This document shows, piece by piece, positions 13,001 through 28,000 of a stretch of DNA of 64,000 nucleotides. The position numbers were made by a program, and so were the translations under genes. Location of the stretch: contig NMRA01000706.1 in assembly GCA_002633005.1 (NCBI GenBank), forward strand, positions 28,197-92,196, read 5' to 3'. This DNA comes from Phoronis australis. Its lineage: Eukaryota > Animalia > Phoronida. The notes under the pieces are model-generated. The model was not told the origin of the DNA. It did not search any database and was given only the letters and a program-made list of their open reading frames with translations. Positions within the stretch are counted from its first letter, which is position 1. The number at the start of each line of letters is the position of its first letter.

Positions 13001-16000
13001 CACAAAACAGGCCCGTCGTCTCCCCAGGCCGTTTCGTTTTCTGTATCGTGCACGGTTGACCGCTCAACAATAAAAATGCCTGGTTCCTCTGTACATTTAT
13101 CTATCTCTGGCGAACATTGTGTCATTGTTGTAAGTCCTGCCTTTATTTCGCTTATATGCTGTTCGCTATTTTTAGTCACGTTGTTTAGCTTATCATGCTC
13201 TATTGGATCTACGATGCAGTTGATACCTAACTCTGACACACTTTCCAAAACATTTGACGGTTCCAAATCAAATTCTTTGATTATGCCATCGCCACATGTG
13301 TCTTTACTAGTGTCACAGGGAGAAATCGGACCTTCTAGGTGATGCACAGGAAACAAATCTTTGCTTTGTGCTTGAAGTATAGGTTTGAAATAGTTTTGCT
13401 TTTGACTGGAAATTCTGTTCTTCGATGGTGTCTTTCCTCCAGCGCCGTCTTCTGATTCGCTGAACCACCAGTACTCGTCTGATTTTTCGAGTAGTGACTT
13501 TGACAGGGGTTCAACGGAGGTCTGGTGAGAATAAACCTCAGGCAATGTCTCACGCTCATTTGTTCTAAACACTTTGAACGAGTCGTGGACGATCTCGTAA
13601 GTTCTATTACTCGTGAACGTTGATTCGCTGTCCTCTGTGTGGCGTTTCAACTGCGCTGCTGAAGGCACGTCACTGGTTAAGGAGGTGTCGTCCGAAATAT
13701 CCGTAGTCGAAGGTTCATTGGCTACTTCTGTATTGCTTCGCAATTCGCCCAACGATGTGTCTTGTGGATGACACGTTGGCCTTTGGCTAATTATGGACAC
13801 TGCCGTCGTGCTAGAATGTTCAGAAAATTCTGAAGCACGCTTAGAAGAAGGTGACGCGGAGTTGTTATCCATGTGTCCAGTTGGCATTTTAAGCGTAGTT
13901 TGAAAGGTTTCCATGTTGAAATAAGTCTTGGCGTTGTCGAGATATAATCCACTGAACAGTGGGGAGGTTGTTCCGGAGACGGTTTCCGAAGAACACAATG
14001 CCGTATCTTTTACCATTTGACATAAGCCTGTTGTTTGCTCTCCATTTAAGCTAATATCGGCCTGGTCTTTGTACATAGGCATACCTTGACGTGAGTTTCG
14101 TTGTCCTAATGAATGTTTGTTTGTACTGACTATTTTTCTTTGATTAAATTGAGGAGCAAGCGAATTAACGTTTTTTCTTTGCCCTTCGCGGTTTTCTAGT
14201 TCGCTGAAATCCGAGCTAAACTGGCCCTGAGTAATAGCGTCAGATGATGATAAACCGGAAGAAACATTGATAGGGTTATTATTTATTCGACAGCCATTAG
14301 CTAAAAAATCGGAACAACCGCACAATTTGAAATTTCCATTTCCCATTTCGCATGTTCTGCATCCACAAGAATTGTTACTTCTGGTAAATAATGCTGATTG
14401 GGCTGCTGGACAAATAAAAAGTGGCACGTCTGATTGCCTAGTTGACTCGGTCGATGAATAAAGTCGGCAACATTTTGAGTCACTGTTTTCAACTGTTAAT
14501 TTTGGAGGGTGACAGCAATTGCAAAGAGTAACAATTTTCTTGCTGGAAGGCAAATTACTGCTTTGACGAACAATCTTTCGATTCAAAAACCTGTCAAAAG
14601 TAGGTGACGACGAGGCACTACGGATAGGTAAGAAGAAATTTTCTCTGTTCCGCACTGTTCCGGGCTGACTGTGGGATCGTCGCGAGCTGCTTGACTTGTG
14701 ACTGTACGCACTGACAGATTGCTTTACTTTTCGCTTAACTCTTTGCCATAGTCTTGGGTTATCAAACCTGTTACCGCACGAGGTGTACCTGAGTAGCTCA
14801 AGTGTTCCGTTCGTGCTGATGGGCTCTCTCTTTGACGACCAGGGATCGTAGCGATTCTTCATTACAGGCTTGATTTTGCTGGGACTAATGTTCGACTCTT
14901 TTGACAATCTGGTGCGACTTCGTTGACTTGAACACTTCTGGATGTCACTTAAAATTTCATCACTTATCTTTAAAGACAATTGCCATTTTTCGTCAGTGCA
15001 AAGATCCTGCATGCATTCAGTGCAAACATATGACCCTTTTTCTTTAAGTGCTTTCGCCGGTTTATCGCTTTTTACCACGTGGTTAAAGCACTGCAGTGCA
15101 TTTGTTGCGACAGGTTTATTACTGTCAATAATATGATAGCGTTTAAGCCCGTTGGCGACAAGAGAAACTAGGTGTCGTTCTTGTACCGATGCATTGTAAC
15201 CACTTTCAACTCTGTTAGCAATATGTATCCGAGCCATCGATTGTCTTTTGATCGATTCGTCTCTTTCTGAGATAGGGTCTTTGCTAAGACAAAGGCGACC
15301 TTCATTTGACTTATCTTTAGTGTCACACTTACCTTTAGCTTCACATGACCATGCCGATTCTTTAGTTGTTTCTGAATTATCAGTTTCCAAATTGCATTCC
15401 NATTTATCTTTAAAGACAATTGCCATTTTTCGTCAGTGCAAAGATCCTGCATGCATTCAGTGCAAACATAAGACCCTTTTTCTTTAAGTGCTTTCGCCGG
15501 TTTATCGCTTTTTACCACGTGGTTAAAGCACTGCAGTGCATTTGTTGCGACAGGTTTATTACTGTCAATAATATGATAGCGTTTAAGCCCGTTGGCGACA
15601 AGAGAAACTAGGTGTCGTTCTTGTACCGATGCATTGTAACCACTTTCAACTCTGTTAGCAATATGTATCCGAGCCATCGATTGTCTTTTGATCGATTCGT
15701 CTCTTTCTGAGATAGGGTCTTTGCTAAGACAAAGGCGACCTTCATTTGACTTATCTTTAGTGTCACACTTACCTTTAGCTTCACATGACCATGCCGATTC
15801 TTTAGTTGTTTCTGAATTATCAGTTTCCAAATTGCATTCCTCCGGACGCCTGGTATCGAAAGTAATTCGCTGTGTTCCAGCATTAAAATCGCTGCTACTA
15901 GACCACTTGGGAGACTGTAAATTTCTAATGCTTCCACGAAAATCACCAGAGTCTTCAGCCCTTTTGGCCAAAGGCTTCACTTTATTTATCAAATCGTCTA

Positions 16001-19000
16001 CTTCGGTGACACTGACATGGTCGTCTCTTTTTCGAGAAGGCACTGGCGGCTTTCGTCTCATCCAACTTCCGCTTTTGCTACCTTTCACTATGTTATCGTG
16101 GCTTTCTGACTGCGTTTGGCGCCTCACGTTTCCCGGATGCGGGGTTGTTCTGTCTTTGCTAAGTCCTTGTCTGCTACCATAAAACGTTTCCGAGTGGTTT
16201 GCCTCAACTGGCGGCACTGCATCGTTTTCCCCATCGTTCTGTTGCTTGCTGAAGTCGCTCTGATTTTTAATATCATCACTCATGTCCTCAACGAGCTCTG
16301 TTCTGTTAATTACTTCATGTTCGCCCGATTCCTTTTTCTTATAAATTTTCTTTTCAGGTGTAGGACTTGCTAAGACTTGAAGGAGATTTTTCAGAACTAT
16401 ATCGTCAATGCTTGTATCGAGACTGTGGATATCTTCATTTTTGCTTGAATTCTTTCTTGCCGAAGATGAATTATTTTTGCTATATTGGCTCCCCGCTGAG
16501 TGGGAATGTTCTTTGTGTCTTTGCCTTCTGTTGTTCCTTGGTCCATTGTACGTTGATTTTGATTTTTTACTCTTATTCTCACTTTTCCTACGTGAAGGTT
16601 TACGTCGTGTTTTAACCGAACTCGGTGATGCAAAGGTATGTACCGGAAGTGGCTTGGAGTCAGGTGGTATCCAATTTGGATACATTTGAGCTTCATATTG
16701 TGGGACTTGTCCACGTGTTGAAGCAGCCACATGGTGATTATTTTCGGGCGTGTAAATATTTTGAAGGTTGTTCGTCGTTTGCAATCTTTTTGCTAAGCCT
16801 TTTTGATTTTGCCCTTCCTTGGATATATTCAAGTGCATGTTTTTCTTGGTACGAAATGAGTTTGTGGGTACAACTCCACCATCGGATTCAATAACACACT
16901 TGACAAATACAGTGTCAGACTCACTCCCGTCGTCAGCTGCAAGACGAAAAAAGTCAATATCGCGTACTGATGGTTGATCTTCTACAGACGTTTTCAGAGA
17001 ATGCCCAACAGCTCGAGTGGTCTCATTTCGCAGACCACATGTCTTTCTTGAGGATTTGTCTCGGCTGTAATGACGCATTTGTAGACGCTTCTTGTCCGAA
17101 CGTTCTCGTTTCCTGTTCTTTTCTAAACTTGTTTTTTGTCGTCTTTTGTATCTACTTTTTCGCTTAGTACCTAGTTTCAGGTGTTCATCTGAACAACGCT
17201 CTGACGTTTTCGTCCGTCCTCTGTCGTTGCTTTGATTGCGATTTTTTGCAGGCTTTGAGGTTGTTAAGAAGTTGCCATACATTCTATGTGGACTAAATCG
17301 GTCTGCCTGGTGGAATCTGTTTGGTTGTCGAACCGAGTTGTTTCTGTTTTTATGCAACGGAAATGGCGAATTAAAATACGGCAACGGATTAAGTGGCTGG
17401 TCTTTCAAATAGTTTTCAAACTGCTGCAACATCATTTCTTTCCTTAATCTGCTTCCTTCCTGCTGACCCGGTGACAACGTCCATTCGCCAACCCAGTTTT
17501 CAAAGTCGCAATCGTTACTACGTACTGGTCTCGATTCTTCTGGAATTACTTGTAGCCGTCGGGGCTCGTACAACCGTTCTGAATTTCGCTGGCTATATGT
17601 TTCGCGTTCGCCATTGTGCACCATTGACCTCCCCAATAATGGCGATTCTATGAATGGTTCATCCATTGACCAATTGTATTCATCTTTTGACGGTGAGCAA
17701 CCACGCAGTGATGGTGGCGGGTTTCTAGGAGCTGGGCTGGAAGACAGTAGCTGAAACTGTTGTGGAAAAGATGGTGGAAGTGGTGGTGGTGGTGCTCGTG
17801 GTGNGGTATCTGTTGTGGCGGCTGATGCATTGGTTGAATGGTTTGTGGAATATGAGGCATGTGCATTAACGAAGCCTGACGGGGATCAACGTCGTACGGT
17901 GAATGGAATGGCGGTGTATTCAACCCAAACGGCGGTAGACATGTTGACGCCGGAGGTAGCTGCTTTGGTGCAGGACTGCCCTGAATCACGATTGTTGGCT
18001 GACCAGACTTAAATTCTATGCTTGCAGGGTTTTCATTATTGTTTGTTTTATTGCCTGCGTTTTGCAGCTTGTTTGACTTGTTATTCAATTCTATCATATC
18101 TCCGATAGCGTCAAAGATATGATCGATATGTCGCTTTCTAGGCCTGTAATACCGTCTGTATTCACTGCTACTAGACGTGCTCCATCTCCTTCTACGAGAT
18201 CTACTAGTCTTCCTGGATCTTTCGCTTTCTCGTGTTTTACTGTTATTCCTGTTCTTGCGACCACCTCTCGTGGGCATCAATTCGTCGATAGCTTCAAGCA
18301 CCGACTCCTTTGTTTTCTCAACTAAATCGTCGTCATAAAATTTGGTGGTTGGGAGATCTTCGATGTCCAATCCAAGAGTATTCATTGGGGGTCCATTGAA
18401 AAACGCCATCGGTTGAGGAGGCTGAAGCCCCTGGTTTTGTGGAAATGGGGCTGTATTGAAAGGTATTGGTGGGCCGGGTGGAAAAGGTGGTCGTGGCAAC
18501 ATTATTTGCATCGGTGGAAATGGTGGTCTTAGTGGTACTGGGCCGAGGGATGGCCCGGGTGATTCGTTTGCATCAAGATTCTTTCGTGTTGGACTGCTGG
18601 GTAACATAGTGGAGCCATTAAGACTCTTATGAGAATGTTCGCTTATGATTGGACGACTTCCTCGTGAATCACCGTGTCGTGGGTTATGATGGTGATGGTG
18701 GTGATGATGATGTCTATTTCTCTTACCACTTCCCCTGCGATGCCTTGATTTTCTTCTCTTCTTTGTCTGTGGGTGCCTACTCATCGTACTTCCTTTTTGT
18801 GAAGCGGACAGCGATGAAGTTGATGCGTCATTGTGATTGTTTGCGGATCTATTGCGGTTGTGATTAGTAGACACGTTCCTTGGAGAAACAGTAGGCCATC
18901 GGTTCCAGTCGGAAAACCCTAAAAAATATGACAAAAAGGAATATTAAGTATACATTAAACATAGCAAATTATTCTTCAATTGATTTTTCAAAGTAGCCGC

Positions 19001-22000
19001 CATCAGCAATTTGCGAGTGAAATCTTTTAAGTAACGCACTGTCCACGTTTTATTGATTTCCGCAATACCAATGTCATTGACCACAATGTACCATACAAAT
19101 TACATAACGTTACTCATATTACAAGTACTAATTTAGGTCGCAAATTTGTACAATAGCTCCCACACTTTGTCTCGCAAAAACGTAAGCGGTAATTAGTTGC
19201 GTCTTTTGCGCAAATACATTCACTTGTATGCGCAATGTTATAAGTAGATTGATACAACGCCATTTAGTTATCAGTGATAAACTTACAGTAGGGTCAGTTA
19301 CAATAGGTGAAAACTGAATGCAAGAAAACTGACTACGATATCGCATTCTTCCATTACACGCCTACTAGGTGCCATCTGCTGGCAAAGTAACCATGTCCGC
19401 AATTCACAAACGTGAAAATTTATATTCATGTGGATTGACCAAAAGTGCACTTATACTGTTCTGAATATTTCTGAGATGGGAACGAGTTGGTCCGGCCGGA
19501 AGTTGTTTGTAATTGTACTTGAAATAGATTGATCAGCGTAAGGGTAGCTGTCAAGGTCACAAATCAGGCATAAGTGTTGAAATCTCGTATTGTCTCCAGT
19601 GCTGTTTTTTGTGACCGGGGCACTCGTTTTGGCGTCAGTACGTCATCAGTGGCGCCCTCGGTGTTAATAGATTACCCAAAAATATTCACGTTTATAGAAC
19701 AAGAATTTGTAGCAACATCTGGAGCGCTGTTCATCCATTTCGAATGACTTATGTAAACACAATATGCTCTTAGCACCGAACAGTGGACGAGATGTTGTCC
19801 TTGCCAGATGCACGCAATAAACTCCACTCCCTCTGCAAACATAGCGTTCGATTCCAATCACTTACAGTTTGTCTGAACTTGATCTTGCCCATATTAGCAA
19901 CCCTATGATCTATGCTAGGTCCACGCTAAAATCTAGTCCAACTCACATGTTCTCATTTATAATACACGGCAATATCTATCACAATCTCGCGATGTCGTGC
20001 TTTTTAGTAAGGTCCTAGCGTTCCTGAAATTAGGACAGGTGTGGTCGTTGGGCTTTGAGGGTACAACTGTCCTATCATCACTCAAGGCTAGGTTCAACAA
20101 GCTCCAGGCTTGCCATGCCGGCTCATTTCATGCGACGAGCATGGTCTAAGGTACTGACAGTATAAATCTTTCCAAACACCAAAACCGCTGATTTTCAATT
20201 CTCAAAAGAAAAAAGCTGAGATCAGTTTTAAAGTGGTCTAAAGTGGTAACTCTGGTTTTTGACATCAACGAGGAGTCATAGTAGCCTTCAGTGCCTACGG
20301 AGTTTGAACCAAGTCTCCATTCCGTAGACATTACGGTGTTTTCCCGTTACACCCAACTTGTTCAATTCTATAGCCCAACAACAAGTTGGGAAGATGACCC
20401 CTGCAACCAATATCTTACACGACTGATTAACTCCAGTCTGGCATTTAGGGTAGGAGGGCCAACTTCTTTTGTTCGATAATTGCTCTATTCCCCAATAAGA
20501 TCGTATCTAGCCTGACTGGGCTGTTCTGTTAAAAACAAAAGTTAAATTATAATATATTTGAACATAAACCAATAGCATTTCGGAATTTCTTGTCGAATGC
20601 TGGTCATGTTTAGTTTTTGAATCACTAAGATCGCCCAACTACATGTGTACAGACGAAGATACGACAATCTATTCTTTCCGACCGCTCTGGGGATGACTAC
20701 AAGGACTTTCCAGAAACAAAGTAAAGTACCCTCGGTGCCTAAACAATACGAATTTTGATAAATAATAAATTGATTTGCAATTTGAGGGCCAACTATTAGC
20801 AAATATTCACTTTTTGTTGACGTTTGTCGGCACTACTCATTGTGGTGAAATGGCGTAACCACCAGTCACTTTGGACTTCAAGTGACATGAAATCCGTTAG
20901 CGCCAGAGGATTTTTGTGTCTTATTTTGTAGATCTACGATAGCTAAAATGCTCTGAAACCTGTGCCAGCTGAGATACTGGGGTACGAATTTAGCCAATCA
21001 CAATAATCACTAAAAGTACTCATTTCATGCAGCTCTAAAAACAGACAAAAATTATCGAAATCTTTAAAATTTGCATGAATAAAGTAGTCGAAGGTCACAC
21101 CTGATCATTAACATACGTTCAATATTTCCACCTTACGTCCACTGCGTAACGTAACTGTCTCAATTTTACTAAATCTCAACTGCCGCCAGGCTCAAAACTT
21201 GCAGGAAAAAATCGTATCCATGGAAACCAAAAGAGGCGCTTTGAAAAAAATAAAGGTGGTCTTGAGTCAGTGGGGCCAGTGTCATCACACAGAGAAAATA
21301 TAAAAGAATCTGTGACATAGCGTTTATCACCCTCGGCCTGGTCCATTCGCGAACATGTTCTTAAGGGGCCAAACACAAATACATGTAGGGCTATCATGAC
21401 CCATTTGGTTTCAAGTCATTTTTGCTTGATGTGTCCTGTTAATTGGAACAGTTCAGTCATGTTTCTGAAACATTCACGGCAAGAACATTCGTATAATTAA
21501 GAATCGTACACTTTCACTGCTACCCACATTGCCTTCTAGTGACCGGCAGTTTTTGATTGCATGACATTAAGTCGAAGAGTGCACTGTTGATATCTGTAAA
21601 ATATTTAAATATCTATATCATAGAACTCTCGTCCTCGAAGGCCAACCCCGCACCTGGGCCCGGTCTCCAATCTTTTTTACTGGAAATGGAACTCGAAATT
21701 AGGTTTGGCATTTTCTACTCTACTTTTGGGCGAACTCAAGATAAGTGTCTATTATTCTATGGTCGAGTACACAATAACTTACGGAGATAATTTATTGCCC
21801 CTAGTTCACAGTTTGTAAACCCAATATTAAAGCAATAAGTTCGAGTTTGAACTCGAAATTTCGAGTTTTTACTCGAGTTTGTAGCACGAATATAAGGGTC
21901 TTCAAGGGCAAACTTGAACTAGAAACTCCTATGCATAAACTATAATGTACAGTATTCGAGCACAGTCTGATAACCAATCATCTTAAGTTCTCACAAAAGG

Positions 22001-25000
22001 AGCAGAGAAATTGCCAAAAAGAGTTTCGAGATCGTTTCGAGTACAAAGATTAGAGACCAGGCCCTGACCTATTGTTAGAGCTCTGCCACCCCGAAACTAG
22101 CCGCAAGGTTTTGCACTGAGAATTTCCGGCTGTCAGCTCGACTGAGTTTTGAGAGTTGTAGTTACCAGATCAAGCCTAATTTCATAGCTTCAGTTTTATT
22201 TTGCTATTGTTCATAAATCAAGACTCTTGAGGTGCGGTTCCAAAAATCAACGATTTCTTGGCAAAGTTAGTCAACAAACCCGAAAATTACACTTGTCTGG
22301 TCATTCCTTATAAGAACCAATCTGTGGCCTTGGTTGGATGCCGGGAGTAGTTTGGCCTCTGATATCTTTTCAGCTTCAGTCGTAGAACTATTTTCATAGG
22401 CGGATTTAGGGGGGGGGGGCCNACACAATAACTTACGGAGATAATTTATTGCCCCTAGTTCACAGTTTGTAAACCCAATATTAAAGCAATAAGTTCGAGT
22501 TTGAACTCGAAATTTCGAGTTTTTACTCGAGTTTGTAGCACGAATATAAGGGTCTTCAAGGGCAAACTTGAACTAGAAACTCCTATGCATAAACTATAAT
22601 GTACAGTATTCGAGCACAGTCTGATAACCAATCATCTTAAGTTCTCACAAAAGGAGCAGAGAAATTGCCAAAAAGAGTTTCGAGATCGTTTCGAGTACAA
22701 AGATTAGAGACCAGGCCCTGACCTATTGTTAGAGCTCTGCCACCCCGAAACTAGCCGCAAGGTTTTGCACTGAGAATTTCCGGCTGTCAGCTCGACTGAG
22801 TTTTGAGAGTTGTAGTTACCAGATCAAGCCTAATTTCATAGCTTCAGTTTTATTTTGCTATTGTTCATAAATCAAGACTCTTGAGGTGCGGTTCCAAAAA
22901 TCAACGATTTCTTGGCAAAGTTAGTCAACAAACCCGAAAATTACACTGGTCATTCCTTATAAGAACCAATCTGTGGCCTTGGGTGGATGCCGGGAGGAGT
23001 TTGGCCTCTGATATCTTTTCAGCTTCAGTCGTAGAACCATTTTAGACAGCTATCATGTCAGAAAGTTTTCGGGTTTTAAGATCACTGTTGATACAGGCCG
23101 TGCATGTAGTGTTTCACAATTATCCCAGAGATGGCGATCTCAATCTCCTAGTGCCTCAGTTATATATTTTGGAGGCGTTGTCTCGGGGATAAGTCGTGAT
23201 TTAATCAACCCCCCCTTTCGGTTGTATTATTTTCATTGGTGGTGTAAAGTTGAGATACTGTCAGGGCCAATCAACTTTCTAGAATTTCGCGGGGTATTTA
23301 TACGTCCGTATAAGCACCAGTTGCCTTATTATCTCCTAGGTTTTCAAATGTATCGTGTGTTGATTACCGGGCTGGTTTTTTGAAGCAAACGCTGTAAGTT
23401 TATTTATTTGGTTACCGTTCAACGTTAGATGCCGATTTTGGATAGCTGTGCATTCGTACATGTAGTTTGCGTTCTGTCAGTGTTGCTGTAAACTGGACTA
23501 TTATTTGTGCTAACCTGGGTATGTTGTTACATTGCAACCCTTGTGCTTTTGCTGAAAGTCAATTACTATATTTACGGATTTGTTGTTGTATGCATATTTC
23601 TATTTTGTGAACTAGTTTTGCGGAACGCTACAGTAGTTTATAAGAGTTGTCTAGTCTCGGAAGTTTAGTGGTTTATTCCGCCATGTTTTTCCCGAGTTTC
23701 TGTTTTCTCAGGTGCGGTTTCCGTTTGTCAGTAATTAAACATTACGTAGAAGGTGTAACGGTATCGTGGTGGTTGCTTAATGCTAATGTCATACTTCAGA
23801 CAGTCAACGTAACTTAGACTAATCTTGTAACGTTTCATATTACCGATATGAACACCGATGCAATGCTATACACCAACTACAAACGATGAACGTAATAAAG
23901 TGTATCGAATGGTAGACGCCTCTTTCTCTATTGCATCAACGTTTGAGCAGAAATAATCGCGTTTACGGAAAAAAGTTACATTTGTGTTTGCATAAATTCC
24001 GAAAAATTACTGCTTAGCTCAGTTTGTGCGTGTGCGTGTCTGTATGTGCGTGCGTGCGCGCGCGTGTATGTGAGTAAGTTTGCATATTATTACTTTTTTC
24101 ATTTGTTTCTAAAATTCATTTGTGCAATGTTCACCTGTTTTCCAGATGCTGTTTTTTGTTAATTCGATTTCTGAGAAGTAGGGATATTTCTTTCTGTAGT
24201 ATTTACCTACATTATACCCGTTAAATATAAATTTAAGAAATAAAGTTTACCTTGTAAAAGAACCCAATCCAGTACTTCATGTTGGTGACAGCATACAATG
24301 TATATGCCAGTTGCCCGGCTCTTGGCAGACTGTCCCATTTTTTAGTTTTTCTGCCATCCAGCCATACCATCTGATTGTCCACGCTTTTTGACACACGGCC
24401 AAATTGACATTATTATCATATACTATTGAAATTTTCCACGTCACATAGCCAAATTTTCCCAGTCGACTAAAAAGAAGAAACGGGACATTTCATTGGTTTT
24501 TATGGCACCCACAGTTTCCCGTTCAACTGTAAAAACGCTCTCGAGCATTTTTGGTTGTACTATCTCTCGTTCGACAAAAAACTCTGTCGGTTTGTCTTTT
24601 GGTTTGTTGCAGTGAACATTTCACCCTTAGGTTTCGGCTTAGATCACGTGTCACGGTTTTTATCCTGAAGTACCGCTTTTCAGTGCAGTTGTACCGTTCT
24701 CTAGCTGTAATGACTGATGCGACAACAAGTGTTCAAAATACGATTGTCTTTTTTATGAATATATGTTGCAGAGTCCGCTTTCTTTAGTTACATAAATTAA
24801 AATCGTAAAACATGCGTTGCAATGCCAAATTTCAGATAGTGTACTTGGAGTAGTTTATCGCTTTTTTCGTAAATGCCACTGCATTCTCAATTTTTTACTG
24901 GAAAATGTACTTGTATTAAACGGAACAAAAGGTCCAGTTAATTATAATAAATAAAAATGCGTAATTTTGGATGAATGCCCGACTAAGGCGGGGGTCCAAA

Positions 25001-28000
25001 TTCCAAAACCTTTGTCTTTACTGTATAGGGTAGAAATCTTTTGAATCACTAAAATTTTTTCCTTGATGTCTTATCTGGTCATTTATATAAAGTATCGGGT
25101 TCATTTCTTTTTTATGACACTATTACACGCTCTTATTTTTCGCATTTGGTAACACTCTTGGTTTTAAGAATTAAAAAATACATTCAAACAGTTAGATATG
25201 CAAAATGATTATTACTTATGAATTAAATTATTTATCCTTTGCTTTTGATATCATCATGAAGAACTGACAAAGGGCTTTCAAGTGATATGGCTCTTATGCA
25301 ATTCTGTAGAAAAACGGCGGAGTTTCGAAAAGTTTTAATGACGGGGAATTCCGTAGCATGTACGGTACATACACCGGAACAAATGAATGCAAACAGCTCT
25401 GACGCATGTGCAGCGCAACCCCAGCAGTTATGAGATATGAGTTGGCATTCCAGGGCTAGAGTTCTACGCCTATATACTTACTGAAGAAGCCACCAGACGA
25501 CACGTGGTACCCGGGTGAACGATTTGAAGGTGCGTGATTTCTTAGCATTGCTGGTTCGATCATTTGTTGCCGCTGTATTTTTGTGTTGACTGGTTGGTTT
25601 GCTATGAGAAAACCGTCATGATGCATATGGGACAAACGTGTTGGTCTGTAAAAATGCCTTGGGGGAGTAGAGTACACGTGACCGTCGTACCCGTAGCGTG
25701 GTCGAGGATTGCAAAGCCACTCTGATGGCATCTCCTGATACGGGCGGATGCTGGCCTGTGGTGCATAAGTATTATGTGACCGCGGCACCGACGGTGATGC
25801 ATTCTGGGATCGGTTACATGTTCTGGATACTCGCCTTGTGTTGTTTGCCTGCAGGGGCATGCTTACAGAGCCGTGAGTTACCAATTGAGAGGGTTGTGTA
25901 CTCCGTGCAATACGCCTATCTGACATTGTGCGAAATGCATAATCAGTGGTCAACGGATGATCAAAATAATCTCTGCTTTCTTGATTATTAGCGTCAGAAA
26001 AATCAGTTTTGCACATAGAACTCGATGTTTCATCATCATCTCTGTTCTCTGAAGCAGTTTCGTAGCTTTGCGATGTAAAGCTACCAGAACTACTGCTATT
26101 TGACCGTCCTGTTACCGACGGCGACCGCCTGTTGTCATAGATACTACTATTATTTTCGTCGTATGCGCCTTCATTGTCGTCAGTATCGTCGTATGCGTCC
26201 TCGCTGTCTTCAAATCCATAGTCACTCTCGTCATTTGTGTAGTCGTCTGCTTCACTCGACTCTTTTCTCGACTTTTTCCTGTCGGCTTTTGGTGATTTGG
26301 AGGGAGTTTCTTTAGATGTTTTAGCCGATGCATTCTTCTTAGGGCATTTCAACCATACACATGGTTTGCCCTGACCTGTAATACGAATTGCTAGCCGTTT
26401 AATGTGATGTATTCCTGTGTGACGATACTTGGCATTTTATTCATTGACATATTAGCTTTTGCCTGATAAGGTCATGGAATAGCCGAGCACAAGGAATAAA
26501 GAAACCCATGCCAATAACTGTCCATCAAGTTAAGTATTCGCCAGAGAACACTGTAAATGGAAAAGTATAACTCGTGAAGTTTTTCGTTGTCATAGAAACA
26601 TGACATTTTGTTTGCTAAAGAGAGAATGCAGAAACGTTGGTTGAAAGACCAAACGTAGATTGTCCCTGAAAATTTAAAGTTTCCAAATGTTCGAATGCTA
26701 TGAATTTCGTGATTTGCAACGAATTTGAAAGCCTTAAACTGTTAGAAAGTCCACCGTGAAATATATTCACAATCGATTATTTGCTACCTTTCTTGTCATC
26801 CGTTCCTGGTGAGCACATCGTGAAACACGGGAAGGGCGTACACGGAGGCGGCGGGGGTAGAATAGGCGGTGGAGGTGGTGGCATTTGAAACACACTCGGC
26901 GGTTGTTGGTTGAAGATTTGGTGGATTGATGGCGGAGGTTGCTTTCTGTTCTCCCGAGTATTGTACTTCCGTGGAGGTCTAAGTGGACGCCTGGACTCTT
27001 TTTCAATCATTAGACTTTTTGTCAAGCCTTCTTTACCGGCCAAGGCTGAACCCCCGGTTGTGGTTGTTCCAGCAGTCGTCGCTGTTATCACTTCCGGACG
27101 TCCAAACATTGTCTTTGCACGAACTGTTCTGTTCGATGAATTGGCACTTCTGAACGCGCTTGCCATTCCTCCGCGCCACAATTCTCTCAATTCATTTACT
27201 GCCGTATCTCTCTCCTCGTATGTGTCATGGACTACCTCCCTAGGCATCCCTCTCCAGTTTCTCCTAGCGCAAGGTACTTTCTTAATAACAATTCTTTTCG
27301 ACCTTTGTTCGCCCAACACGTCATCTTTGTCTTCTTCGTCTTCCTCATCTTCAGTTTGGCTTTTTTTGCGTGTCTTCAAGCCAAGTATTTTTTTCATTTT
27401 ATTTCCAAAGCCACCAGCACTGACATTCCTGTTGGGCGACCAATTTACTTTTAACCCAGACAAGCTTTGCTTATGACGTGACGGATGACCACTCCGAAAG
27501 GAAGGCTTTGTTCTGATGAGGTCAAAGAATGACCGCCTGTCACGATGCTTAATTTCCATTGGTTTTCTCATTCCAGGTGGCCTTTTAGAAAAATCGTTCG
27601 AAGACTTGGGTTTTCCAATAGCTTTGCGTGACATATTGACAATTTCTCTGTCTTTTTCGGTTTTAAGTTGTTTTTTAATATACCTTCGGCTTTTCTTTAA
27701 CGATAAAAGTGATGACGACGTTCCCCACGGAAGCCATGAAAGAATACGATCATTATTTTTTTGAAAGTCACTTTTTGTAACAAAACCCAGAGAACTTTTC
27801 ACCTGTCTTTCGCGTTGATGTTGTGGGAACTTGCTTGCACCAATCCGTGGATTGTCTTCCTTCTTGAAGTACGAACACTGATTACGTTGATCTGGCCAGC
27901 TTGTTGATGGTCTCAGGACATTCTCAAATCTCTGGATTTTAGATTTAATTTCCGACCTTTTGACTATTTTCTCAAGGGATTCCAGTCGTTTTAATCTGTC

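Noticed and set aside
14964-15840. Genuine internal protein repeat
   Set aside because: Near-identical copies joined at a single N with a frame-breaking 440-nt offset indicate an assembly or allelic overlap.
17648-17803. His-rich metal-binding C-terminus of the 428-aa ORF
   Set aside because: It is an off-frame translation of a Pro-rich stretch after N17804.
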